NCBI GenBank assembly: GCA_963724215.1
Contig: CAVRTZ010000017.1
Location: 22,095 to 86,094 of the forward strand
Reading direction: 5' to 3'
Length of the DNA: 64,000 nt
DNA from: an uncultured Ignavibacteria bacterium
Lineage (GTDB): Bacteria > Bacteroidota > Ignavibacteria > UBA10030 > SZUA-254
Numbering within the stretch: the stretch's first letter is position 1; each line of letters begins with the position of its first letter. Of this stretch, positions 33,777-43,266 are shown one piece after another. The position numbers and the translations under genes are program-made. The notes below the pieces were generated by a model. It did no database searches. It saw nothing but the letters and a program-made list of their open reading frames with translations, and was not told the DNA's origin.

Positions 33777-34595
33777 TCACCGGCGTGAGCGCAGCACGAA
33801 CCTGATCAGGGCGAAGACGACGAACACGGCCCCGAGCATCGCCACGATCGAAGAGCCCGCCGGAAAATCGAACTGCAGCGCGAACAGGATGCCCAGGACC
33901 GAACCGAGGACGCTCGCGACGATCGCGAGGATCACCACGGTCGCCCGTGATCGCGCCACCATGATCGCCGACACGGGGGGAATGATGAGGTAGGAGAATA
34001 CCGGAATGACCCCGCCCGCCCGCACCGCGAAAACGATCGCGATCCCGATCGACAGGAAAAAAAGGAAATTCCAGATTTTAAAAATCCCGGGCTGTCTCGT
34101 GGAATCTTCCTCGACGCTCTCGGTCATCGCGAAAAACTTTTTCCTGAAAATGAAATGGACGACGCCCAGGAGGCCGAACAGGACGGCCATCGTGGTGAGG
34201 CTTTCCGCGCTCACCGTGAACAGGCTGCCGAAGAGCACCTCGCTGATGTCGGAATCACCGTGGGGTGATTTGGCGATGAGGAGGACCGTGACGGCCGAAG
34301 CGACCGCGTAGATGATTCCAATCACCGCCTCCTGCTTGAGTCTCTTGTCCCGGATGTTGATCAGGGAGAGGAAAAACGCCGCAACCATGGTGACCGCGAG
34401 CGAGAACAGCGTCGCATCATAGCCGAAGTAATTGGCGATGGCGATCCCGAGCATCGAAATCTGTCCCAGCGCAAGGTCCACGAACACGATCCCCCTTCCG
34501 ACGACGTGAACCCCGAGATAGGAAAGAAAGACCCCGACGATCAGGCTCACCTTGAGGGCGTTCAGGACAAACGATTCGGAAAAAAACTCGAGCAT
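33777..34595 (-). CDS. Metal ABC transporter permease (ZnuB/MntB family)
   Basis: YLGVHVVGRGIVFVDLAL, EAVIGIIYA, LFGSL, GVIPVFSYLIIP, DFPAGSSIV. Confidence 0.92.
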   Translation of the reverse strand: MLEFFSESFVLNALKVSLIVGVFLSYLGVHVVGRGIVFVDLALGQISMLGIAIANYFGYDATLFSLAVTMVAAFFLSLINIRDKRLKQEAVIGIIYAVASAVTVLLIAKSPHGDSDISEVLFGSLFTVSAESLTTMAVLFGLLGVVHFIFRKKFFAMTESVEEDSTRQPGIFKIWNFLFFLSIGIAIVFAVRAGGVIPVFSYLIIPPVSAIMVARSRATVVILAIVASVLGSVLGILFALQFDFPAGSSIVAMLGAVFVVFALIRFVLRSRR

Positions 34596-34608
34596 GCATT
34601 CCTCCTGT

Positions 34609-35538
34609 TCAGTGGACGGGCGGTTGCGATAAGACTTTCAGCAGGACGCCGACGTTGTAGTCGAAGAGATCGTAATAGGTGTTGACCCCGTCGAACGCCC
34701 CGACCGACGTCGCGAGGACGGCGATCCGCGCCCCGGTCTCCTTGGAGACCATTTCGGCTGCGTCCAGCATGAAATACGGGGAGGTGATGATGATGGGGAT
34801 TTTTTTGGATTTCACCGTCGAGATGACCTTGACGAGCTGGCTCGGGGTCGGGGGGATGCCGGGTTTCGGTTCCAGAAAATCCTCGATCGTGAAGCCGAAC
34901 CGCTCTTCCATGTACGGCCACTCGTTGTGATAGGCGATCACCGGAACACCGCGCAGCGGAGAGAGCTTTTTGACCCATTCGGCGGTCCGCCTGTCGATTT
35001 CCTCCTCGAAACGCTTCAGGTTCGCGCTGAAGTACGCCTGGTTTTCAGGCGACAGCTTCACCAGTTTTTCGCAGATGTTCTTTGCGATCTGTTTCCCCCG
35101 AAGCGGGTCCATCCAGTAGTGGGGGTTACCGTAAACGTGGATGTCGCCCTGCGCGCGGTCGCTGGAAGACGGCACCTGTAACAGCGCGATACCCGCGGAG
35201 GCGTCGACGTAACCGTCCCCGCCGGGTTGGATCTTCCCGTTTCTCGAGCTCTGAAGGAGGGAAGGCACCCACCCGGTCTCGAGGTCGAGCCCGGTGGTGA
35301 TGAAGATATCCGCCTTCGAGAGTTTCATGATGAAACTCGGTTTCGGGTCGACGAAATGGGGATTCTGGTATCCCGTGGCGATCGCGAACGCGTCGACCTT
35401 GTCGCCGCCGACCAGCTCCGCGATGCTCTTCAGGCTCTGGAGGGAGGCCACCACGGTGAGCTTGTCGCCGGCCTGCGCCGCCGCCGGTATCGCCAGGAAG
35501 GCGAGGTATATGAGTGCACGAATGAAATTTCTCATCAC
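34609..35538 (-). CDS. Metal ABC transporter substrate-binding protein (ZnuA/TroA family)
   Basis: Signal peptide; QNPHFVDPKPS, HVYGNPHYWMDP, YHNEWPY, EPKPGIPPTPS. Confidence 0.93.
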   Translation of the reverse strand: MMRNFIRALIYLAFLAIPAAAQAGDKLTVVASLQSLKSIAELVGGDKVDAFAIATGYQNPHFVDPKPSFIMKLSKADIFITTGLDLETGWVPSLLQSSRNGKIQPGGDGYVDASAGIALLQVPSSSDRAQGDIHVYGNPHYWMDPLRGKQIAKNICEKLVKLSPENQAYFSANLKRFEEEIDRRTAEWVKKLSPLRGVPVIAYHNEWPYMEERFGFTIEDFLEPKPGIPPTPSQLVKVISTVKSKKIPIIITSPYFMLDAAEMVSKETGARIAVLATSVGAFDGVNTYYDLFDYNVGVLLKVLSQPPVH

Positions 35539-35577
35539 GATCAGGCTCCTGAGTCGATTGTTATAAATAATAGGATT

Positions 35578-36628
35578 TCAATACTGGTGCGCGCCATGAG
35601 CCCCGATGACGAAAATCCATCGCAACACGAAATCCGTTCGGTTCGTGGCGACGTTGGACGACGAGTGCCCCCCTCCGAGCTCGATCTTCTGAAATTCCGT
35701 CGCATACCACCCGAGGGTTGCGGAATATCCGCGTTCGAAGGCGTCGGAGGTCTGCGGGAGGTCTGTGTAGTCGTACCTGCCGGTGAGGAACCAGGTCTCG
35801 CCGAGCTGGTAGGTCAGGAATGAATACATCCCCCATGATCGGACACTGTTCCCGCCTTCCATGTCGTATTGGCTATGGTAGAATTCCGACTGCCAGGTCA
35901 GGGACTTATACCGGTTGAGTTGGAGCGGTTTCCACTTCAAGGTAAGATCGGCAGCACCGACCGTGGACGTCCGGAGATCCTGGTTTGGGCCGGTCATTCC
36001 CGTCAGTCCGAGCTCAAGCGTGGTATTCTCGTCCAGATCCCAAAAATTCTTCAGGTGGGCGAGATAGAGAAACCGGTCGGCGTCGGGGCGGGTGAAGAGG
36101 GGACTCTCCGTGGGAACGTTTGAAGCCTCGACTTCGATTTCCTGGTAAAAATCGAATGGATTCGGAATGAGCCAGCTCACTGAAACACCCTCATCGATCA
36201 TGCCGTCATCGCCGAAGAACGCCCGGTTTGCCGCAGGAATGTCGGAGAACGGGAGGGAGTGCGGGTGAACCGGGTTCACCCGTCCGATCGGCATGCGAAA
36301 CCTGCCCGCCCGGGCTTTAAGGTCGAGGGGAAGAGAGAGTGTCGTGACATAAGCCTCTTCGAGCCCGGCGACGTACTCTCCGTCAGGCGTCCTCGCGAAG
36401 GAGACGTAAACATCGGCTTTGGCATAGGGATCGATCGACGAAATCAGGGCGATTTCAGCTTCCTCGAACACGAAGTTGAATTTTCGGTTCGCGGTATCGG
36501 CATAAACGCCCCTCATATCCCCGATAACACTGATATTCGGGTTCATCAGGGAACCAGATACGGGCCCGCTCTGCGCTGAGAGCGCCAGTGGGACCATCGA
36601 ACAGACGAAAAGCAGTGAAACCTCTCAT
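35578..36628 (-). CDS. Outer-membrane beta-barrel associated with metal uptake (frameshift in signal peptide)
   Basis: NPNISVIGD, IDPY, LEEAY, AGRF, NPVHPH, alternating beta strands, C-terminal IGAHGAHQY; RBS GAGGTGA before ATG 36628, with one indel separating it from LLFVCSMVPLALSAQ. Confidence 0.82.
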
Positions 36629-36649
36629 TTGTCACCTCAAGAAATCCTG

Positions 36650-36679
36650 TAAAAAACAGGACCGGAGCTATCCGGTGCC
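36650..36679 (-). terminator. Intrinsic-terminator-like hairpin between the leader ORF and the metal-uptake genes
   Basis: Minus strand GG(C)ACCGGA-TAGC-TCCGGTCC followed by TGTTTTTT. Confidence 0.6.
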
Positions 36680-36684
36680 GTCCG

Positions 36685-37032
36685 TTAAACGAAAATCAAC
36701 GGTGACGGGGGAGGTGGAGAGCGGTCTTTTAAACGTGGAAGAAGATGAGATGAGGTGGGTATCTCGCGCTGAACAAAGGGGATATCCTGAAAATCAGGAA
36801 GTAAAGTCGAGGTCGACGTTGGCTCCCAGACAATGGTCAGGAGAAGCCGTGCACAGAGGTCGCAGCGGCTGTCCGATGTCCATCCGTCGGGATGCCCGGA
36901 CACGCTGACGCCATCGGGAGCGCGATTGGGGCCACTCCCCGGGTGATGATGGAACGAAGATGCCAGCGGAATGAAGACGGCCAACAGGCTGCCCAGCAGG
37001 AGGATTGTGGATATCTGTGTCAGCCGCGCCAT
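36685..37032 (-). CDS. DUF2946/CruR-like putative metal-responsive leader protein
   Basis: MARLTQISTILLLGSLLAVFIPLASSFHHH...CDLC...KDRSPPPP: hydrophobic signal, His cluster, CxxC, linker, RxPP motif; directly upstream of the metal-uptake operon. Confidence 0.72.
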   Translation of the reverse strand: MARLTQISTILLLGSLLAVFIPLASSFHHHPGSGPNRAPDGVSVSGHPDGWTSDSRCDLCARLLLTIVWEPTSTSTLLPDFQDIPFVQREIPTSSHLLPRLKDRSPPPPSPLIFV

Positions 37033-37132
37033 GGATGAAGGTAGTGAAATCCATGCAGTTGCGCAAGTTCCAGAATTCGCGGTCCACGGGTTCCCGTGAA
37101 CCGATCTGTCCGTCGCGGGATCACGGACCGAA

Positions 37133-37161
37133 TTGATTATCGCCCGGTAAAGTGATATATT
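37133..37161 (+). promoter_or_regulatory. Putative sigma70-type promoter for the SDR-yqeY-cvpA-mutS2 operon
   Basis: TTGATT-N17-TATATT about 20 nt before ATG 37184. Confidence 0.6.
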
Positions 37162-37183
37162 CATTCAATTTTTACAGGGTCTG

Positions 37184-37888
37184 ATGCCGCTCGATGGTAA
37201 AATCGTTCTCGTTACGGGTGGTACCGGCGATCTCGGGAGAGTCGTGGTTAGCAGATTTGAGCGGGAAGGGGCGAAAATATTTTTCACCATACGCGGGAAG
37301 GTCCCTGCCGGAACCTTTCCTCCCTCGCTTCTACGGAACCTGACCGCAGTCAGGGCGGACGTGACGAACGAGAAAAGCGTGGCGGGCTTGTTTGCCACGA
37401 TCGCACGGACATCAGGTAAAGCCGATATATTGGTCAATACGGTCGGGGCATTCAGTTCCGGACAGCCGGTCTCGCGGATGGACCTGGAAGAATGGGATTC
37501 CATGATGGACATTAACCTGAAATCTGTCTTCCTCTGTTCCCGGGAGTTTCTCCGGCAGAAGGGAATCGGCAAATTCGGCAGAATTTTCAATATTTCGGCG
37601 CAGACCGTCTTCCGGGCTTCCAGGGACCGTGCGGCCTACGCGGTCGCAAAAAGCGGGGTGGCCGCACTGACGGCCTGCCTCGGTGAAGAATTACGTGGAT
37701 CGGCGATCACGGTAAACGCCTTTGCTCCAAGCATTATCGACACCCCCGCGAACAGGAAGGCGATGCCGGGGGAGGATTTTTCGAGGTGGGTCGATCCCGG
37801 GGTGATCGCGGATGAAATGATTCACCTCTGCAGGCAAGAGGCCTCGGCGATCAACGGGGCTGTCATTCCCATATTTGGAGGCATATAG
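37184..37888 (+). CDS. Short-chain dehydrogenase/reductase
   Basis: VTGGTGDLG, ADVT, YAVAKS, VNAFAPSIIDTPANR. Confidence 0.92.
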   Translation: MPLDGKIVLVTGGTGDLGRVVVSRFEREGAKIFFTIRGKVPAGTFPPSLLRNLTAVRADVTNEKSVAGLFATIARTSGKADILVNTVGAFSSGQPVSRMDLEEWDSMMDINLKSVFLCSREFLRQKGIGKFGRIFNISAQTVFRASRDRAAYAVAKSGVAALTACLGEELRGSAITVNAFAPSIIDTPANRKAMPGEDFSRWVDPGVIADEMIHLCRQEASAINGAVIPIFGGI

Positions 37889-37894
37889 AATCTG

Positions 37895-38365
37895 ATGGCG
37901 CTCACCGAGAAGATTTCCGCCGACATTTCAAAGGCGTTGAAGGCCGGGGAGAGGGTCCGGCTCGAGACGCTCCGGACTGTCCTCGCCGCATTGAAGGAAA
38001 AAATCGTCGAGAAGCGTCCGCAGGGCGGCATCTCAGAAGAGGACGAGCTCGCCGTCCTGATGCAGGCCGCGAAAAAAAGACGGGAAGCGGCCGACATTTT
38101 CGCCCAGCAGGGGAGGATGGACATCGCATCCCTCGAAGAGGAGGAACTGCGGGTCATTCAGGAATATCTGCCCAGACCGATGACCGTCGAGGAGCTCAGC
38201 GCGATCGTTCTCCGGGTCATCTCGGCCACGGGGGCCGGAGGGCCGATGGATTTCGGCAAGGTGATGCCGGTCGTCATGAAGGAAGTGAAGGGAAAAATCG
38301 ACGGGAAGCTCGTTCAATCAACGGTTAAAACACTCCTGGAAGGGCCTGCACATGGTGCTCATTGA
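37895..38365 (+). CDS. GatB/YqeY domain protein
   Basis: ALKAGE...KKRREAADIF...GRMD...YLP...DFGKVM...KGKIDG. Confidence 0.93.
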   Translation: MALTEKISADISKALKAGERVRLETLRTVLAALKEKIVEKRPQGGISEEDELAVLMQAAKKRREAADIFAQQGRMDIASLEEEELRVIQEYLPRPMTVEELSAIVLRVISATGAGGPMDFGKVMPVVMKEVKGKIDGKLVQSTVKTLLEGPAHGAH

Positions 38366-38885
38366 TCTCCTGGTCATCCTCATCCTGGTTGCGTCGACGC
38401 TTCTTGGAATCAAAGACGGTTTTTTCAAGAAAGTGTTCGGCGTCCTCGGGTTCTGGGGGGGCTTCGTGCTCGCGACGAAATACATGGGCCTCGTGGCGGA
38501 ATTGCTCATTTCGTGGCTCGATATGGAGCGCGACACCGCGCATATCCTCGGTTACGCCATTATCTTCACCGCGGTGGTCGTGGGGGTGAACCTCGGATAC
38601 CGGTGGTTCGGACAGTCAGGGAGAGAGACGCTCTCGCCGAAATCCAGGATCGCGGGAGGCATATTCGGTTTCTGCGAAGGACTCGTCCTCGCCAGCCTGC
38701 TCCTTCTCGCCATGTCGATTTTCGGCGAGCCAGACGACGAGACGAAACGGGAATCGGCGTTTTATTATTCCCTGATCAATGTTGCCCCCGACGTCTTCGA
38801 CTATTCCCTCTCCTGGATGGCCGAGAGCAAGGAATTCGCCGACGAAATCAAGGGAAAATTCGGGACTTACACCCTCCCCAAATAG
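38352..38885 (+). CDS. cvpA: CvpA family membrane protein
   Basis: IDLLVIL...GIKDGF; RIAGGIFG; RES; lies upstream of mutS2. Confidence 0.85.
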   Translation: MVLIDLLVILILVASTLLGIKDGFFKKVFGVLGFWGGFVLATKYMGLVAELLISWLDMERDTAHILGYAIIFTAVVVGVNLGYRWFGQSGRETLSPKSRIAGGIFGFCEGLVLASLLLLAMSIFGEPDDETKRESAFYYSLINVAPDVFDYSLSWMAESKEFADEIKGKFGTYTLPK

Positions 38886-38894
38886 TGTCGTCGT

Positions 38895-41245
38895 ATGAGA
38901 GAGTTTCTCTCCTCGCTGAGCAAGGTTGAATACGACAAGGTCAGGCTGCGCATAGGGGGATACCTCCAGACCCCGATGGGGAATGATCACCTTGTTTCCC
39001 TCGGCCCACGGTCCGATGAGGCCTGGATCCGGGCCGAACTTGCCCTCACCTCGGAGATGAAAGGTTTGGTGGGGGAGGGAACCCCGGTGCCGATCCGGGG
39101 TCTCGCCGACGTGAGGACTGCGCTCCAACGTGCCGCCATCGTCGATTTCGTTCTCCCCGCCGCCGACCTCCTGGCCATCGCCCACCTCGCCGCCAATTCC
39201 CGGGAACTCAAGACGTTTTTCTCCGGCAGGGCGAAGGAGTATCCGGGACTCGCGGGACTGATCCTGCCGCTGACGATCGACAAGATCATCGAGTATAACA
39301 TCCTGAGGGCCATCGACGAGGAGGGAAGAGTGACCGACGGGGCCAGTCAGGCGCTCGGAACGATCAGGCGCGCGATTCGAAGGAAAAACGAGGCGCTGCG
39401 CTCGCAAATGGAGTCGATCCTCGGCAACCTGCATAAGAAGGGAATCACGCAGGAAGAGTTGATCACCACGAGGGACGGACGTCTCGTGATCCCGGTTCGC
39501 TCCGAATACAAGAACCAGGTCCCGGGATTCATCCACAGCATCTCCGCCAGCGGCGCGACCGCGTTCATCGAGCCCACCCAGACGCTCGAGATGAACAACG
39601 ACCTTCGAACCCTTGAGAGCCAGGAACACCAGGAGATCGCGAAGATACTGAAGGAACTCACCGCCCAGGTCCGCGACGCCGATACCATCCCTTACGGCGA
39701 ACATCGCGGTCATCGGCAGGATCGATTTCCTCAACGCGAAGGCCCGGTACTCGGCCGAGATCGGGGGAAACGAACCGCTGCTGAATACCGGGAGGCGGTT
39801 CAAACTGAACGGCGCCATCCATCCGCTCCTCCTCTCGAAGCATCAGCGAAGCGCGATCTCCCCGCTCGAACTCGAGGCGGGGGAGCGTTTCAATACGCTG
39901 ATCATTTCGGGGCCGAATGCCGGCGGGAAATCCGTCGCGATGAAGACCGTCGGACTCCTGGCGGCGCTGGCCCAGTCCGGGTGTCATATTCCGGCATCGC
40001 CCGATTCTGAACTCTGCATCTTCTCGGAGATTTTCGTCGAGATGGGCGACGAGCAATCGATCGAAAACGACCTGAGCACATTCAGTTCCCACCTGAAAAA
40101 CCTGAAAATCATACTCGAAAACGTCACGCCGAAGAAGTCTGGTGCTGATCGACGAAATCGGTAACGGCACCGATCCCGCCCTCGGGGCCGCCCTCGGCAT
40201 CGCCGTCCTGGAACGATTGAGCGCAACGGATTGTCTCACTATCGTCACCTCCCACCACAGCGCCTTTAAAACCGCCGGTTTCGAACATGAAGAGCATGGA
40301 GAACGCGGGTATGGGATTCGATTCCGATTCTCTCGTTCCGAATTACCGACTGTCCGTCGGGACGACCCGGAAATAGCTACGCACTCGAGATTGCCAAGAA
40401 TTTGAAGTTCCCTGAGAATGTCCTCAAACGCTCATTCGAGCTTGCCGGTGAAGATAGCGTCAAATTGTCAGAATATCTCACACGATTCGAGGAGACGGAC
40501 ACATCAGCTCGAGAAAACCTCGCCGAGGCGCAACGACAAAGAGCGTAAGGCCTCTGAAATAATCAACTCGTATGAAGATCGGTTACGCGTTGTCAATCAG
40601 GAAGTTAAGGCCATCCGTTCGCGTGCCGAAACAGAGGCGAACGAGCTGCTCGACGATGTGAAGCGGAAGGTCGAGGCACTCGTGAAGGAGATCCGGGAAA
40701 GCGGTGCGGCCCCCGAGGTTGTCCGTAAAGTCAGACAGGAGATAACGGCGATCAAAAAAAGTCACCCCGTTCCCGCCGAAAAGGATGAAAAACGGTCGAT
40801 CCAAAGGATAGAACCGGGGATGCTCGTAAAAATCCGTGGGACCGAGATGGCGGGTGAAGTCATCGAACTGGTCGACGCGAAAAAGGTCGTCCTGGAATCC
40901 GGTGGAAAGCGGGTTATCGTCTCCATCGATAGCCTTGAAACAACGCGAGAGAAACCGCTGGTATTCATGAAACAAAATGACTTTATTGATTTCTCTGAAG
41001 CTTCAAATGAGGTCGATCTCCGCGGATTGTATGGGGACGAGTCGATTGAAATCCTGGATAAGTTTATCGACAAAGCGATTCTCCTGCGGTTGACCCGGTT
41101 CGAATCATCCACGGTAAGGGGAGCGGTGCGCTCAGGAAAAGGGTCAACGAGTACCTTTCGAAAAATACGAACGTCGCCTCATTTCAACTCGGGGAATGGA
41201 ACGAGGGAGGAGCGGCGGGTGACTGTAGCTGTACTTAACGAATGA
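38895..41245 (+). CDS. mutS2: Endonuclease MutS2 (multiple frameshifts)
   Basis: SASGATAFIEP, HPLL, Walker A ISGPNAGGKS, GDEQSIENDLSTFSSH, LIDEIGNGTDP, coiled coil, Smr domain VDLRG...IIHGKGSG. Confidence 0.94.
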
Positions 41246-42743
41246 AAAAAATAATACGAAAAATATTAATTGCGAACAGGGGTGAAATCGCCATCCGGGT
41301 GATGAAGACCTGCGGGTCCATGGGTATCCGGAGCGTGGCGGTGTTTTCAGATGCTGATGCGAACTCCCCGTATCTGCGTCATGCCGACGAATCGTATCAT
41401 CTTGGGCCGTCGCCGGCACGGGAGAGTTATCTCAACCAGGAGAAAATTCTGAACGCCGCGCGGGAGTCGGGTGCGGACGCGATCCATCCCGGTTACGGGT
41501 TCCTCTCGGAAAATCCGACCTTCGTGGAAGCGGTCGAAAAGGCGGGATTACGATTCATCGGCCCGTCCTCACGCTCCATTCGCCAACTCGGCGATAAAAC
41601 CTCCGCGAGAGCGATCGCGCAACAGATCGGCGTCCCGGTGGTTCCCGGTACGATCAGGCCGCTGTCGTCCGCCGCGGAGGCGTCGTCCGTGGCCAGGTCG
41701 ATCGGTTTCCCGGTCCTGCTAAAGGCCGCGGCCGGCGGGGGAGGGAAGGGCATGCGCGTGGTCAGGGAGGAGAAGGAGCTGGCCGGAGCGCTCGAGCTCG
41801 CGCGATCCGAGGCCGCGTCGTCGTTCTCCGATGACCGGGTCTACCTGGAAAAGTACATACTGAATCCGCGGCACGTCGAAGTCCAGATCCTCGCGGATAC
41901 CCACGGCAACGTCGTCCACCTCGGAGAGCGGGAATGCTCCATCCAGCGACAGGCACCAGAAGATCATCGAGGAGTCCCCGTCGCCCGCCATCGATGAGCA
42001 GTGTCCGCGCGGGATTGACCGAATCGGCCGTCAGACTCGCGTCGCACGTCGGGTACGCCAATGCCGGCACGGTGGAATTCATCCTCGACGAGGCGGGCCG
42101 ATATTATTTCATGGAAGTCAATACCCGGTTGCAGGTCGAGCATCCGGTCACCGAGCTGAGGACGGGCCTCGACCTCGTCCGCGAACAGATCCTCGTCGCT
42201 TCGGGCGAACGGCTGTCGCTGACGCAGCGCGACGTCCGGTTCGACGGCCACGCGCTCGAATGCAGGATCTACGCAGAGGACTCCTCCAGCAACTTCATTC
42301 CGTTCATCGGCACGATCGGCCACATCGCGCATCCCTCGGGGCCGGGGATACGGGTCGACACGGGTATCGAGACCGGCTCGGCGATCTCCGCCTATTACGA
42401 TCCGATGATTTCCAAGGTGATCGCCCACGGCGCGGACCGCGGCGAATCGCTCGCCATCATGGTCCGGGCGCTCGAGCGATATGAAATTCACGGTGTCAGG
42501 ACGAATATCGACCTCCTCCTGTGGATCCTCGCCGATCCCGATTTTTCCGGCGGCGCATTCGACACGAATTTCCTTGGCAGGAAGTATCGTCCGGAGATGT
42601 TCGACCGGACCCCGCCGGAGATCCGCGAACTTGCCGCCGACGTGGCGGCGCTGCTGCAGGTCCGCTCGGACGACCGGGTCCGCGCCGGCGCGCACGGCCA
42701 CGACCCCGGCTGGACGTCCGCCAGGTCGGGCGGATTGAGGTGA
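41242..42743 (+). CDS. accC: Acyl-CoA carboxylase biotin carboxylase subunit (frameshifts about 41950-42000)
   Basis: KILIANRGEIA, HPGYGFLSEN, KAAAGGGGKGMR, ERECSIQR, MEVNTRLQVEHPVTE, YYDPMISK. Substrate (acetyl/propionyl/methylcrotonyl) not determinable. Confidence 0.9.
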
Positions 42744-42746
42744 ACG

Positions 42747-43265
42747 ATGCCGAAATCATTCATCGCGACCGTCGACGGCGCAGTTTTCGACATACCAGAG
42801 GCGCGCATCAGGAAGGAATTCAGCGACCCCGCCCGGGTGGTATTCCACCGGTCTCCGCCGGGGACCAACCTGCTGGATATTCACCGGGAAGGGAAAACCA
42901 CCCGGGTCTTCGCCAGAACGCTCGCGGACGGGTCGAAGGAAATTTGGATCGACCGGTACCGCGTCGTCGTCTCACTGCAGGAAGAACCCCACCGGAGGCT
43001 TTCGGCGTTCATCCGTTCCGCCCTGCAGATCAGTTCCGGGTGTTCGGTCAAGGCCCCCATGCCGGGACTGATCAAGGACGTCGCGGTGCGGACCGGGGAC
43101 GTCGTGAAGCAAGGTCAGCGGCTCGTCACTCTCGAAGCGATGAAAATGGAAAATGAAATATCTGCCCCCATCGACGGGACCGTGGGAGCATGCCGGCTGA
43201 CGCCCGGCGTCAATGTCGAGAAGGACGAGGTACTCATTCATATCACACCAACGACAGAACACTGA
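42747..43265 (+). CDS. Biotin carboxyl carrier protein
   Basis: [18 protein letters not shown] biotinylation motif. Confidence 0.92.
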   Translation: MPKSFIATVDGAVFDIPEARIRKEFSDPARVVFHRSPPGTNLLDIHREGKTTRVFARTLADGSKEIWIDRYRVVVSLQEEPHRRLSAFIRSALQISSGCSVKAPMPGLIKDVAVRTGDVVKQGQRLVTLEAMKMENEISAPIDGTVGACRLTPGVNVEKDEVLIHITPTTEH

Positions 43266-43266
43266 A

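Noticed and set aside
37050-37075. Zur/Fur box upstream of the metal-uptake leader (TTGCGCAA palindrome)
   Set aside because: Only an 8-bp palindrome with non-matching flanks; not convincing without footprinting.
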